Positions 30,598-43,800 of a stretch of 64,000 bases of DNA are shown here, one piece after another. Source of the stretch: Prorocentrum cordatum (Eukaryota); contig CAUYUJ010000137.1 in assembly GCA_963575745.1 (NCBI GenBank), positions 372,001 to 436,000 of the forward strand. Reading direction: 5' to 3'. Under the pieces are notes generated by a model. The model saw only the letters and a program-made list of their open reading frames with translations. It did no database searches and was not told the DNA's origin. How positions within the stretch are numbered: position 1 is the first letter of the stretch; every line of letters starts with the position of its first letter. Made by a program: the position numbers and the translations under genes.

Positions 30598-32505
30598 TAT
30601 GAACCACATGTATACAGCATACCTGATACCTGTATGTCCATGTGTAAGGCCAGTCGGGGAGTGAGAAACATATCTGCGACGAAATGTCAAGAATTAACTC
30701 TGGTTCGTGGCACGCGTCGCGCAGATCATGCGTGTTGACACGTGTATAAACATGTGCATGGAAGAAGGAAAAAAGACGTAAACACAAACTGTGGCGCTCC
30801 GCGTGGATTTCTTGGATCAGCCCTGGGCCCCGCTGGCGGCGCCGGCGGCGCCGCCCCTGGCGCGCTCCACGCCAAAAGATTATGTTTATGTCGTTTGTTG
30901 TTCTTCGAATGTATGCGAATGCTAATGGCCAATGATCGTGCCAGAAAGGAATGTATTCTTAGGTCTGGCATGTCCTCCTACAGGCAGAGTCTTGTAAGAC
31001 ATATTAAAACATAGTCACGAATGGCCAAACATAGTAGAAACAACGCATGATCATCGTCACTGTATTATTTTCTAGTATTCTTGCATGTAGAAGAAAAAAC
31101 TGTAAAACATAAACTTTCGACGGTCCGCGTGGACGTCTTGGATCTTCGCTGGACCCCCCTCCCTGTCGCGCAGAGCGCGGCAGGGGCGGCGCTGGAGGCG
31201 CCGCCGGGGGTCCCGCCGCGGATCCAAGAAACCCGCGCGGAGCACCACCAAACATTTCGTTTACGCCGTTTGTGCGTCTTCCATTAGATGTGTTCCCGCT
31301 CCCCCTGCTGCGGGGTGCGGGACGTCTTGTGCGGCGCCATGCCATGGTGTCGTGCATTGTCGGTGGGCGGCATGGCGCAGTGTTGGACGTCGCGACGTGG
31401 CTCGTGCAGCAGCACAACGATTAAAAGAAGACAAAACTCCACAAACTGGAACTTCTGGCGCTCCGCACGGTTTTCTTGGATCCGCGCTGGACTCCCCCCC
31501 CTTGGCGCGCGGAGCGCGCCAGAGGCGGCGCTGGAGGCGCCGCCAGGTGGGGCCCAGGCGGAGCGCAAAAGTTTATGTGTATGGAGTTGTTTCTTTAGCT
31601 AAGGCTAGAACCAAAGCTGATGAAAAGGCCAAATGTGCTGTCCAAGCTGAACCTGAGGCTTCAAGCTTCGCGTACTACCTAGTCTGCCGGGGGCCACTGG
31701 GGGAACACTGGGGAGGTGGCCTCTGTCGCCGTCTTCCGGCTGCATTGGGGCTCTTTCTGGCATTTGGGGCCTTCCTGCAGGCCTCCTGGGGCTCTCTCGA
31801 GATCTCGCGGGCTGTTCTAGGGGCAGCCTGGTGCATTTGGAAGCCATCTTGGGGGCGTCTCTGGAAAACCTGTAGGGGGACCTCTTTAGGCCGTTGGGGA
31901 TCGTCTGGGGCACCCTTGAACCGTATCGGCGCTGTAAGGGCCCCCCCAAGAGTCCCAGAGGGTCCTAAGAGGACCCTAAAGGAGTCCAAAATGACGCCAA
32001 GATGGCTCCAAGAAGCCTGCAAACAAGCATCCAAGAAGCCTCCGAAAGGCTTGCAGAGCGAAAGATCCGCGATGGCCTCTGTAGTTGACCCGTCGGCGCC
32101 GTCGCAGCAGTCGAAGACGTCATCGCTTCCTCCTTCCCCCCCCCCATCCTCCTCATTTTCCGCCTCCACCCCCCACCTCTTCGTTCTTAGCGCGCGTAGA
32201 TCTTGGACTCGCGCTGGCCCCCCTGGAGCGGCGCCGGAAGCGCCGCCAGGGGGGCCCAGGCGCGGATCCGAGAAATCTCTCCCCCCGTCCTCATCCTCCC
32301 TCCCTCTCTCCTGCTTCCCTCTCCTCGCTCCAAGCACGGCGGGCACTCGGCCCCGAGAGGGCCCCCAAGAGCATCCGACGGCCCGCCGTGCCGGCCTGGC
32401 CGCCACCCCGACACGGCGAAAATGATGGCGTCACCTCTCCGAGGACCGAAGCTCGAAGCTGCGGAGGGATGCAGGGGGCCACGTGCGACCCCTGCCCCAT
32501 ACGGG

Positions 32506-32686
32506 GAAAAAACACATGAACATAAACTTCTGGCGCTCCGCGCGGATCTCTTGGATCCGCGCTGTGCCCCCCTCCCTTGCGCGCGGAGCGCGCCAGGGGC
32601 GGCGCCGGAGGCGCCGCCGGGGGGCCCCAGCGCGGATCCAAGAAATCCGCGCGGAGCACCAAAAGTTTATGTTTATGTGTTTTTTC
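32506..32686. mobile_element. Palindromic MITE family of about 170 bp (at least 9 copies)
   Basis: Arms ACATAAACTTCTGGCGCTCCGCGCGGAT.TCTTGGATC and GATCCAAGAAATCCGCGCGGAGC.CCAAAAGTTTATGT. Other copies at about 30775-30895, 31100-31265, 31440-31585, 32185-32280, 59715-59880, 60950-61115, 61365-61527 and 62085-62250. Confidence 0.85.
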
Positions 32687-34282
32687 CTGCTGCGACTACC
32701 CATGACCCCCCCCAGTAGGGTAGGGGTAGGGTTAGGTTCGCATGTGGCCCCCTATGGTGCGGGTGTTGCACTTTGCCCTCTTTGCGGGCCCTGGCGCTTG
32801 CACCGGTTCCGTGCTGCCGTTTTTGCACCGGTTTCGTGCTGCCGTTTTTGTTGGCCGGTCCTGGCGCCGTTTCTGTTGCGGGTACCGTCGCCGCTGTTCT
32901 GTTGCCGCTTATTCCGGTTCTGCTTCCGAGCCCGGAGCCGTGTTTGTTGCCGTTCCCTGCCGCCGTTACTCACGGTGAAGGAGGAGGAGGAGGAGGAGGA
33001 GGAGGGGAGGAGGAGGAGGAGGAGGAGGAGGAGGAGGAGGAGGGGAGGAGGAGGAGGAGGGGGCCCCACCTCGGCCCGGCACCCCCACGTCCCTGCTCTT
33101 GGGACACCCACTTGACAACGCCTCGCCCAGAAATGACCCTGACTCCCTCGCCTGGCCTCCACCTCGCCCCAGCATCCCTTGGATGTTCAAGAGCCACTTT
33201 TTCGAAAACGGTGAAAAACAGCCTTGCTGGGGCAGGCCGTGCCCCCCTCAGCGTCGGCGAGGTGAGGCACGCAGAGGGGCACCATGAAGCCCACCAAGAG
33301 ACAGCGCCCAATGAGGGCCTGCACGCGAATTCGGCGTTCGGAGATCGATGTGCGGGCGGGCGGGAGACAGAGAAGCAAAGGGGGGGAGTGTACAGCAGCG
33401 CGTTCTTAAATCAAAACGGCAATGGGCGCGCAACGCAAGTAAAGCACCCTCATCAGCTTCCAACCGCCACCAGCACGCAGGCGTTCAAAACCACCGCCCG
33501 GCGGTTCGACCCTAACCAGGAGGGTCTCATGAAGACCGCAAGATGGCGCAAAAAATCCTCCAATACTTTCTTAGATTAGAAGATCCGCGCAGGCGTTGTC
33601 CCCCTTCCCCTTTTCCATTTCATGTTCCTGCCTGTCATGCCTCTCCCCCTCTCCCTCCCGCTCTTCCCCTCCTCGCAAGATAGCTCCAGGAAGTCTTTTT
33701 TTATAAGACGAGGCCAGGACGAAGGCAAAATCGGATGAGAAGAATACGATGATATCTTAGATCCAGCGGCTCTGGAAGATGTATCAAGCGCCGCTGCCTT
33801 CGCACAACGCTCCGGAACGCTCTGCGGGAGTTCTGGAACGCTCTGGATGGATTTATCCTCGTCCTGGCCCCGTCCGACTTTACGAGGCTTCGAAGACAGC
33901 TTGCCAGTGCCACGGTTGTGGATGAACCGGACGCGCTGCTGGATAGGCTCCCCCGTCGCGTGAAGAGGTCGGTTTCCCACAAACCCTTCGGGGCCGATGT
34001 TCCACTACATGCTTCTACCCTCCGCCGATTACAGCATCTCGCCGGGCGATCGTTTCTGGATGGGCCTGAAGGGAACCGCGAAGTGTCAAGAATTTCAGGT
34101 TTTGTCGACCGTACCCATATGCGGCGTGCGCTTGTTCGTTTACAGGAGGCGAAAGCTCGATTATTGAACATGGTCAGCTGTCTGTCTGCTGTGAAGACAG
34201 GCCTGTCGAAATTATGGATAGGAGTGGAACTCACTGCTCGTCCCGACCCGCAGCAGGAGCTACTGCGTTATAGATAGATATA

Positions 34283-34463
34283 GCGTACCAAGCGCAGCTG
34301 CCAATGGAGGAAATCACCATGTCCGTCTTCGAGCCCGCACCCATGTGCGTGAAGTGTGACCCGAGTTGCGTTAAGTACATGGCGTTCTGCATGATGTACC
34401 GCGGAAACATGTAAACGCAGCTGTGGTAGCAAGACCAAGCGCACCATTCAACTCTTGGCGTGG
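34283..34463 (+). pseudogene. TUA: Alpha-tubulin pseudogene fragment
   Basis: Reads [41 protein letters not shown], then frameshifted VNAAV and KTKRTIQLLAW. This matches alpha-tubulin [66 protein letters not shown]. Confidence 0.9.
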
Positions 34464-35124
34464 CCGCAAAGAACTGTTCTGACTTCTGTTCGACACATCC
34501 CTGCGAACCTCTGGCTTCAACCTAGACGCGCCCGCGCAGTTCACAGGGTGCCGCAAATGAGCCACCGCAGCAGGAGGCTTGCTTCCCTCTTAGTATTATC
34601 TCTCTTGTTTGCGCGTCTCGCCCTCTTCCTCTTGCCCTCTTCCTCCTGTTCGTTATTTCTCTCCCTCTTTCTCTCGCTCTCTCTCTTTCTCCCGGCGTCT
34701 CTTCTGCATAAATTAGACTTGACTCGCGTACGACCTCGGAATACGGCTGACCTGCATAGCTTCACGTTCGCATGTCGTGTGCGTCGATCTGCTTCGAGGG
34801 CTGAGAGGCTCTGCAGCAATGTGTGTGTGTGTGTGTCCGAAACGAGTCGTAGGAGACTCGGATGGTCGACCTCCTTCGGCCCGTTTTCGGCCCTGCACTC
34901 AGGCTCCCGCGACCATCCCTATACGTCGGATGGCGTGGGACTCAGGCTGGGACGCTTGCGCGTCTGTCGCTTCCGAGTCCACCCACAAGGAAAGGGGACT
35001 CTTGGACAGCCAGAAGGGCAGGGACATCGCACCGTTGTTCAGATATCTGGGTTGCACTCTTTTTTTCTCAACGAGATGTGCTCACTCGAACGATCGGCGC
35101 CAATGATGTGAATGACTGAACGGG

Positions 35125-35287
35125 TACATACATACATACATGCATGCATGTATGCATGCATGCATACATACATGCATGCATGCATGCATACATGCATACA
35201 TTCATACATACATACGTACATACACGCATACATACGTACCTACCTACCTACCTACCTTCCTACCTACCTACCTGCATGCATGCATGT
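35125..35287. repeat. (CATA/CATG/CCTA)n tetranucleotide repeat
   Basis: Directly visible. Confidence 0.9.
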
Positions 35288-35611
35288 AATCTCACACTCT
35301 TCAGATGCACCCAACAAGATGTGATTCACGAGGTCCGAACTCCACCTGAAGCCACGATCTTGCTCAAGAGATCACATGCATTCAATGAGGCCGTCCCTCT
35401 GGCCGCACGGCTGTGGCAATGATGACAGGTGTGGTGAAAGCAAGTGGTCAAGCAGGACGCAGGCGGGATAGGACTGATAGGATGTGTTCAAGACCTAAGC
35501 GCTGATCGCGAAGACATCGCCTGCTACACCAATCCATGAAACTATGGGGTCAAGATACACAAGCCTACCGGTTCGAGCCCCTGCGCTGAGGAACAAGACG
35601 CTAACATACCA

Positions 35612-36170
35612 TTGTCACTATTGCTTACACCCTCCCTTCAACTCAGTTCAAAGAACACTTACTATTGCTCGCATGCTCTCCAAATTGTATCGGCAAGCCC
35701 CTTCGGGGCCACAAGGCTGCGAGGCGCAGAAATCCCTGTTATCTGCGACCCTTCCAGCTCCAGAAGGTGTGTTGTCGATCTCCAATGTTGGAATTATTGA
35801 AATTCGCGCGAGGGGAGAAGGCCGAAACAAAAAACAAACTACCCTCCATAAAGCGCGGGCTTCTAGAAGTTGTCAGAATATGTAATCTGGACTGCCGGAT
35901 CTGGAATCAGTATTACTTGCACTCTCCCCTCAGTGTACTTCAAACCATTGTTACTATTGCCCGCATGCTCCCCAAGCTTTATTCTCCAGTAGTTCGGGGA
36001 AACTAGGCTGCGAGGCGTAGGCGCCCTGTTACCCGCAACACATCCAGTGCCCAATGTTTTACCTGCGGATTTTGGATTATGAAACTCCAATGTTAGAATG
36101 ATTGAAGTCCGCGAGAGGCCGCGAGGGGGGAAACGGAAAATAACCCGGCTACCCTCCATGAAGCACGTGC
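35612..36170 (+). repeat. Diverged tandem duplication, unit about 290 bp
   Basis: TTACTATTGC.CGCATGCTC.CCAA, AGGCTGCGAGGCG, CTCCAATGTT.GAAT.ATTGAA and CTACCCTCCAT each occur twice in the same order. Confidence 0.85.
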
Positions 36171-36681
36171 TCTGACTATCGAAACAGCTTGTCTCTGAGG
36201 GGTCTCACGGAGGCCGCCAAGAGGCTAGTGAAAACAATTAGTTGTGCGGTCTCGCCTTTTGGCTTTCGATGGCCTTCCGAGGCCTCAAGACAGCTCAAAG
36301 CGAGCTACAGGGAGCCCCAAGAGTGGCCTGAGAGAGTCTCAAGACGGCCCCAAGAGCGTACCAGAGGGCCTCAAGAGCGCTCAAAGAGGGGTCCAAGAGA
36401 TGAGTCTAGGCACTCTAGAGGGGCAAGGCTCATTGGAGCTCCTCCCTTCTTTAATCGATGTCCTGCAAGATGGCTCCAAGAGCGTCCCCAAGCCTCCCAA
36501 GAGCGCCCCAAGAGGGCCCCAAGAGGCGCCAAGGAGGACCCAGGAGGCGCCCCAGAGGCCTCCAGGATGCTCCGAAGAGACCCCTAAGAGGCCCCAGAGG
36601 CTCCCCGAGGTACGCAAGAGGCCCCCGGGACCGTCAAGAGCCCCTCAAGACGCCCCAAGAAGCCCCCAAGCTCGCCATTGT

Positions 36682-36866
36682 CTTCCTCCTCCTCCTCCTC
36701 CTCCTCCTCCTCCTCCTCCTCCTCCTCCTCCTCCTCCTCCTCTTCCTCTTCATCCGCCTATTTCTCCCCCACCTCCTCCTCCTCCTCCTCTCCTCCTCCT
36801 CCTGCTCCTCCTCCTCCTCCTCCTCCTCCCCTCCTCCTCCTCCTCCTCCTCCCTCTGCTCTCATGC

Positions 36867-36897
<31 letters not shown>

Positions 36898-37005
36898 CGT
36901 CCTCCTCCTCCTCCTCCTCCTCCTCCGCCTCCTCTTCTTCCTCCTCCTCGTCCTCCGGTTCCTTCTCCTCCTCATCCTCATCCTCCTCCTCCGTTCCTCC
37001 TCTTC
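36682..37005. repeat. (CCT)n microsatellite
   Basis: Directly visible. Confidence 0.95.
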
Positions 37006-37785
37006 TCCCTTTATCCCCTTCGTCCTTCTTCCCCGCCATTCCTCATTCGGCAGGTCCGCGAACGCACATAAATGTCGGTCCTGGGTCTGCGCAGGCTGAT
37101 CCAAAACTTCAAATTGACGGCTTCCCAAGCTCCTGATCCACCGCATGCTCCTCCGCTTCCCTGATCAAGGCAACTCGCCTAGGCATCGTTTGTAGATGGG
37201 CTGGTGGGGATACTTTTTTCCTCGCGGGCGCAAGCGGAAGCGCAGGCGCCGAGTTGAAAGGTCCGGGGTCTCGGGCCGATCAAATTAGCAACGCGCGAGC
37301 CTAAAAACACAGCGACAGAGCCCGGAATCAGAACCTACCGCCGGTGGGGCAGCTGGCTGAGGCTGAGCTGGCTGAGTTAACTGCAAACGGCCAGGGTAGC
37401 TGATGAACACGTGCGGGTGAATTGGATCCTGCACGCCAAGAGATGTCGTGATCTGTTCTGTATCTACAGACCAAACGTCAGCCTAGCGAGGAGGTGCCAG
37501 CAGACGGGCAGACCCGGGAAGGCGGCGCGCAACCAGGAAGAACAGAGTCCGAGAGGTGCAAGCGCGCTCGAACTCAAGTGGGTACCGTGGGAGGAAGTCA
37601 CCAGGTACGCAAACGGACCTTGTCGCCACCGGGCGCCAGGGGTCAGGGCCTCTGATGTGGCTAGGAACGTGCCCAGACAAGGCGGTAACGATGCGCCCAG
37701 TGGGGGGTGCGCAGACCACTGCAAGAAGGCTGAACCACTCCTGAGTGAGACGGCAGACGAATCCCCATAGGGCCAGTATCAGTCA

Positions 37786-39486
37786 CGGCCTGCTGAGGCA
37801 AATACTGTAGACCAGAAGCCCAGGGATTGCAGACGCAAGCGCGGGGACTGGCCAGGGGGCGTGTGTCGGGGACGCCGCACAGAGGGAACCGCGTATTGCG
37901 CGGGAAGGGGAGACCGGGGCAGGTGGGAACTGACATCACCTTACCGGCGAGGGGAAAGAGGCGTCCTCCCGGGTTGTCCAACGCCAGGGGACGGCTGATG
38001 GCCGTACGAGCGATGCAAGTCAGACTGCAGGTGCATACGGCTGATGGTCGTCCCATCCTTCATGTGGAGGGAGCAAGGAAGAGAGAGAGAGAGAGGGGGA
38101 GCCAGGGAACGGCTGATGGCCGTAAGGGTAAGTTTGCTGTGAAAACTGGGGGTTGGGGCTGCCTGGCGGTCCTTGAGTGCGCATGACGCTGCCGCCTCGT
38201 GGTGCGGTTGGCGAGGACCTGTCGGCTGCCTCTCCCCGCCTGTCGGGACTGGGTCTGTCCTTAGCGGCAGCATCATCATCCAATCTGCCCCCGTCAGCCC
38301 GAGCACAGCATTGCTATCGCGGGCGTCCCCCTCCCCCGTTCTAGATGGCCTACCCGCCTCACGGCTGGTGGCCGTGTGTCCGCATGAGAGAGTGGGAGTG
38401 CCAGGGATACGGCTGATGGCCGTCTGCCCTTCTTCATTTCCATTTTCCTCTTTTGTCCTCGACTGTTTACCTGGCCCACGGCTGGTGGCAGGGTGCACGC
38501 CTGGGGGACTAGGGAATCCTGGGATACGGCTGATGGCCGTCAGCTCTTTTCAAAATCCCAATCCGACGCCCACACCAAGAGCCAGGGAAGCAGGAGGGAC
38601 GAACGGCAGATGGCCGTCTGCCTTAGGAAGGGGTGCAGGGGCTCCCTACCACGGCTGATGGCCGTCTGCTCAACGGGCCGAATCACGTCACCAGGTTAGT
38701 GGCTCGAGGACGCTCCTTGCTCACGGCTGATGGCCGTTTGTTCTCTTGGTATCCTGGGCACCCCCTCGAGCCAAACCTCTGGTCTAGTGGCCCGGGGGGG
38801 CCGCTGACGTCAGCCTGCGCTTCAGCGCTGGAACGGTGCTCCGTCTCACGGCTGATGGCCGTCTGATCGTTTGGGAGAGTGGGACTGCCAGGGATACGGC
38901 TGATGGCCGTCTGATATTGTTTCTTTCCGGGGGGGGTCCAGGGCACCAATTTCAGCAGCCCCACTGGTGCCGAGAGCCCTGTCTTAGGCGACGAGCTCGT
39001 CCGCCAGCTGCTGTCTGGAGGCGGGTGCCGGCAGGAGTCTGACCCGCACGCTGGTGGCAACCCCTGTGTTGTTGGGACGGGACAGCCCTCAGCCCATGTA
39101 ATTCCTCCGCGGGGTTGCGGCGCTGCTGGGACCTGGCCCGGGTCAGCTGTCTGCGGTCCATATCCTGGGCGACGCCCGCGCTTGCTGGGGCAAGTGAACG
39201 GTGTACGCGTAGCCAGGACGGGACGCTGTGCGGAGTCTGCCAGGGCGGTCGAACCGCTTGTACGCAGGAGCCTGTGGCTGATGGCCGCCACGTCCTTCCC
39301 AGCAGAAAGTGAGAGAGAAAGAGAGAAAATGAGAGAGACGAGCCAGGGGAATGACTGATGGCCGTATGAGCAAAGCTGATCGGAGACTGCAGCGCCGACG
39401 GCTGATGGCCGTCTCACCCTTCCCGCGGAAAACTGCTGCCGGCCGCCACTTCGTTCCCAGTGGGAACAGAGAGAGAGAGAGAAAAA

Positions 39487-39557
<71 letters not shown>

Positions 39558-39859
39558 GGGCCGGCCGATGGCCGAATGAGCAACGCAGTCGGGAACTGCA
39601 GCGCCTACGGCCGATGGCCTTCTCATCCTGCCCAAATGGTGAGACAAGTCAAGCGCTGGGGGGGGCGCTAGCGCCCAGCGCGCCTGAAAGCACTTGCGGA
39701 TGTGAGCGCGGTGTCCGTGCGCCATTGCACCCGCATCTAACCAGCCGAGGCTGTCTAGCTATGCTACGCCTTGAAGTGAGGTGGGGCGGCCGCCTGCCCC
39801 AGCGATTGGCAGCGCCCCAAGTACTACTGCCAGCAGGCCGGGCGCGAAGCGTCAAGAAT
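37786..39859 (+). mobile_element. Hairpin-terminated element carrying an ACGGCTGATGGCCGT motif array
   Basis: CGGCCTGCTG (37786-37795) is inverted to CAGCAGGCCG (39831-39840), followed by CGCGAAGCG (39843-39851) and TCAAGAAT. About 17 internal copies of the motif. Confidence 0.55.
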
Positions 39860-40817
39860 CACACCAGCCCTCTGGGCGCAGATGGATGGGGCGTTCCTTT
39901 TCCCTGCTTGGGAGGTTTACCCCCCCCTCCATGCGTTTGGACTGGGGGGGGGCGCGACCCATAGCAGCGTCCCAAGATGGCCCAACATGGCTCCAAGAGG
40001 GCCTTAGAAAGCGCAATATGACCGCCAAAATGGTCGAAGATAGCGGTGGATGGGTCAAGATAGCCCCCGACACACGTCCAAGAGGCCCCATGACGGCCCC
40101 AAGACGGTTTCAAATGCCCTCCGAAAGCCTCCAAGGACCCCGCCAAGAGGCCTAAATTCTTCAAACACCTCAGGAACTTCCATGTTTGTTGCCGTTTCGC
40201 TTTTTCGCCTCAGATGGGCTCCTGCGGCCTCAAGATGGCCCCAAGACGGCCCAAGATAGCCCCAAGAGGGGCCCAAGAGGGCCCCAGGACGGCCCAAAGA
40301 GCGCCCCAAAGCGCTCCAAGAGCGGGCCAAGAGAACCCCAAGACGGCATGTTTGAGCCTCCGATGGGGGGGGCAGGAATTGAGAACCCCCTTCTGTTTTA
40401 GCGAAAGGCTCCAAGACGGCCCCAAGAGGCCCCGCCGGCATCCCAAAAGAGCCCCAAGAGAGCTCCAAGACCCCCCAAAAGAGCCCCAAGAGGGCCCCAA
40501 GACGCCCCAGATGAGCACCAAAAGAGGGCTCCAATAAGACCCTTAGGGGACCTCAAGAAAGCCCCAAGAAAGAGCTCCACGAGGGCCCCAAGAGGGCTCC
40601 CCGAAAACCCCAAGAGAGCCCCAAGATGGCTCGAAGTTTCGAAACGCACGCGAGTTTAAGATATACGAGTCGTCGAGATACCCCTCATCCCTCATCGAAG
40701 CACCATCGTAGCTCGCACCGATTCCCACCTTAAACTTCAACGCGGGAAGCTATGCGTGATCCTTGTTTTCCCGCATACGGCTGCCCGACTGCATGCGTCC
40801 TGCCGCCCCCTATTCAC

Positions 40818-43800
40818 CAACTCCCCTGCTGATTGTTTCTAAATGGGCCAGCGGGGATATTTTTTCCTCGCGGGCGCAAGCGGAAGCGCAGGCGCCGAGT
40901 TGAAAGGCCCTAGCAGCTACACGCGCCGCGAGCCGGCCGGCCCACCCATCCAGCAGCGGCTGACTGCGCGGGGGGAGCGGCAAGCTGAGGGCGCCCAGGG
41001 TGCTCGAGCACTTGCAACACGGCAAAATGCCGGCGAATTCAAGATGCGCCGAGTGGCAGAAAGCCCAAACGGAGCGCGAGGACGATAGCTGTGGGCAGCG
41101 TGTCCAACATGCCGTCTGAGTGCCCAGACGTGGCAAGCGATGGGCAGTCGCCAGCGGGGCGCCGAACCCAGGTCCCGCCAACGGCGCGCGCGGGCCAGCT
41201 GAGCTGCTCCGCCAGGGAACGTCGAAAACCACGCTGGGGGTGGGACGGATCCGGGGGGCTGGTGGGGATACTTTTTGGTCGGCGGCCGCGCGACATCGGT
41301 CTGGCCGCGAGAGGCAATGTCCGGGGCGGGCGGCGCAAAGCTAATTGCACAACAAGCGCGCAGTCGCACATGCACTGAACAAAATGCTCTGCGTTCAGAA
41401 CCGATGGCTGTACAGGCGCGGCAGGCTGAACCACGCGGCGCCCAGACCTCAGCAATCTGTCCCCCTGCGCCAAATAGAGCCACGCGGCTGTGCCCAAGGC
41501 GCAACTGCGACGCCGATCCCTGAAGCGAAGAGATCCGCGGGCGTGGGGGGCACCGCCGCCTAGTGGTGAAGCGCCTGCGCAGCCTGCCAGGGGGGGCCCC
41601 GCTGCAGTGCCCGAGCCGCGGCGAGGGGAGGACCTGCCGGCGGCGGCGCCGGCCGCCGAGCCCGCGGCGACGGCCCCAGCGGCGCCGGCGGCGCCGGCGG
41701 CGCCCGCGGCGTCCGCGGCTGGAGCCGCGGGCCGACGAGCCGCGGCAGAACGTCGCTGTCGCCGTCGCCGCGCAGCTGGCGTCTTCCACTCCTGCTGGCC
41801 CCATGGTCGCCACGCGCGCCAGCGTCCGCTCGGGGGCGCGGCAGCGGTGTTCCAGTGCCCGCCTGCGGCGGCCGCCCTCCTCCAAGGGCCGGCCGCCTGC
41901 AGCGGGCCCGCGGCTGGAGCCCCGGCCATGCCAGGGAGGCGGGAAACAGGCAAGATGGAAAGGAGGGGCAAAGGAAGGAGCCCCCTGGCGGCGCGCGGCT
42001 CGAGCCAGAGCGGCTTGAGCCAGAGGCTCGAGCCAAGGGGCTACGGACCTGGCGGGGATACTTTATTGATTGGCGGCTCACAAGGGCAACTCCTGGGAGC
42101 GGGACGGTCTCGGCTGGGGCACAGGGCGAGAAAATTAGCTGCTGGGGCCCATAGGCCGCAGCAGCGGGTGCACGTGCCAGGGACAAAATGACCCCCATTA
42201 AGACGCTGGCGACCCGAATCGGGGAACGCAGGCACCAAACTAGAAAACGGACGGAAGGAGCAGTCGCACAAATGGCGCCAGCTCTGACCGTACCGAACAG
42301 CGCGCACGGGCGTGGACCACGCCGCGCTGCGGCGGCACGGAGGGGCCGGGGCGGCCGCACCGCCCAACACGAAGAGGGGACCAAGGAACAGGAGAGGCAC
42401 GGCGAGCGCGAGGGCGCGCGGCGGCAGGTGAAGGGGGGAACACGTGGAAGCCTCACTCACAAGGACTCATAGGATGCACTCGGGCACGAGCGACCGTCCT
42501 ATTCAAGAAACCGGCGGCCCTGTCTGAGTCCACGGCCTGCAACTTGCCTGACACTGAAAGTCGGGGGGGTGCAGCTGCAAGCGCTGGTCGAGTCCCCTGG
42601 GCCACCCTGCGGGAGGGCCGTGGTGAACTGCCAAAGGATAAACCACTTGTGCAGTAGCTAGAACTCGGAGGCGACGCCCGCCGTGGAAAGCGAGTCGCCC
42701 ACGTCGTCGGCGTACAACGCAGGCAACTTATCCGTCTCAGGGGACGGGGGCACAAAGTCGCGAGCGCCAGCCGAAGTAACATGGGCGGACCTGCCGGGGG
42801 ATCCGCGGTGACCTGCCAAAGGATGAACCACTTGCTAGGAATACGCTCACCCCAGGTCCGGCCTCAGGTGGTGCCGAAGCGAAGAGGCGTGCAGGTCTGC
42901 ACCTTGCCGTAGCCCGGCACCTGGAACGCCGCGAGCCACGCGTGCCCTCGCGGGCGATCCGCGCCCCGTCGCGGGGGCTGGAGGAGCCCGTGCCTGCGGG
43001 GCCAGACTGTCGCTGACCATCGCTGTCCAGATCACTCCTTGGCAGCCTCTGCTGTCAGCATGCCTGACTCTGAAAGTCGGGGGGGATACAGCTGCAAGCC
43101 CTGGTCGAGAACCCCGGACCACCCTGCGGGAGGGCCGAGATTAACTGCCAAATGATATACCACTTGGGCAGTAGCAAGAACTCGAAGGCGGCGCCCGCCG
43201 TGGGAAGCGAGTCGTCCACGTCGTCGGCGTACAACGCGGACAACTTATCCGTCACGGGGGACGGGGGCACAACGTGCGAGCGTCAACCGAGGTTACAGGG
43301 GCGGACCTGCTGGGGGAACAGCGGTGACCTGCCAAAGGATGAACCACTTGCCAGGACAGCGCTCACCTCGGGTCCGGCCTCAGGTGATGCCGGAGCGGGG
43401 AGGCGCGCAGATCTACACCTTGCCGAAGCCCAGCACCTGGAGCGTCGCGAGCCAAACCTAGTCCACGCGGGCGATCCGCGCCCGCTCCAGGGGCTGGAGG
43501 AGCCCGTGCCTGCGGGGACAGACTGTTTCTGACCATGGCTGCCCAGATCATCACTGGCAGCCGCTGCTGCCCGCATGCGCCTCGGAGCCCTGTCGGTGAG
43601 CCTCCAGGTGCCCATAGATGTCCGAGTGCTCCGGTGGATCTGGTTGGTAGTGGGGAACTCGAGCGGCACTGCGCGCCGCATCAGCACAAGAGGAGGAGGA
43701 GGAGGGGAGACGCAGCCGAGAGCCGCACAATCCGGTGAATTGAAGGAGGAGAAGGAGGAGGCAACACCAATGTCGATGTTGGGTGGTCGGAGTCGCCTCT

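Noticed and set aside
37991..38910. Hammerhead ribozyme core (CTGATG)
   Set aside because: The motif is CTGATGG rather than CTGANGA, and there is no matching GAAA/stem architecture.
39482..39554. Poly-A tail of a retroelement
   Set aside because: It lies inside the motif array where the sister unit has a GA-rich spacer, and no TSD was found; slippage is more likely.
37991..39622. CRISPR array
   Set aside because: The repeat is only 15 bp, spacing alternates between two lengths, some spacers are related to each other, there are no cas genes, and the context is eukaryotic.
42700..43240. Reverse transcriptase (ALYADDV on the minus strand, in both duplicated units)
   Set aside because: No other RT motifs (such as QGxxxSP or xLG) at the expected distance and only short ORFs; treated as chance unless an HMM search says otherwise.
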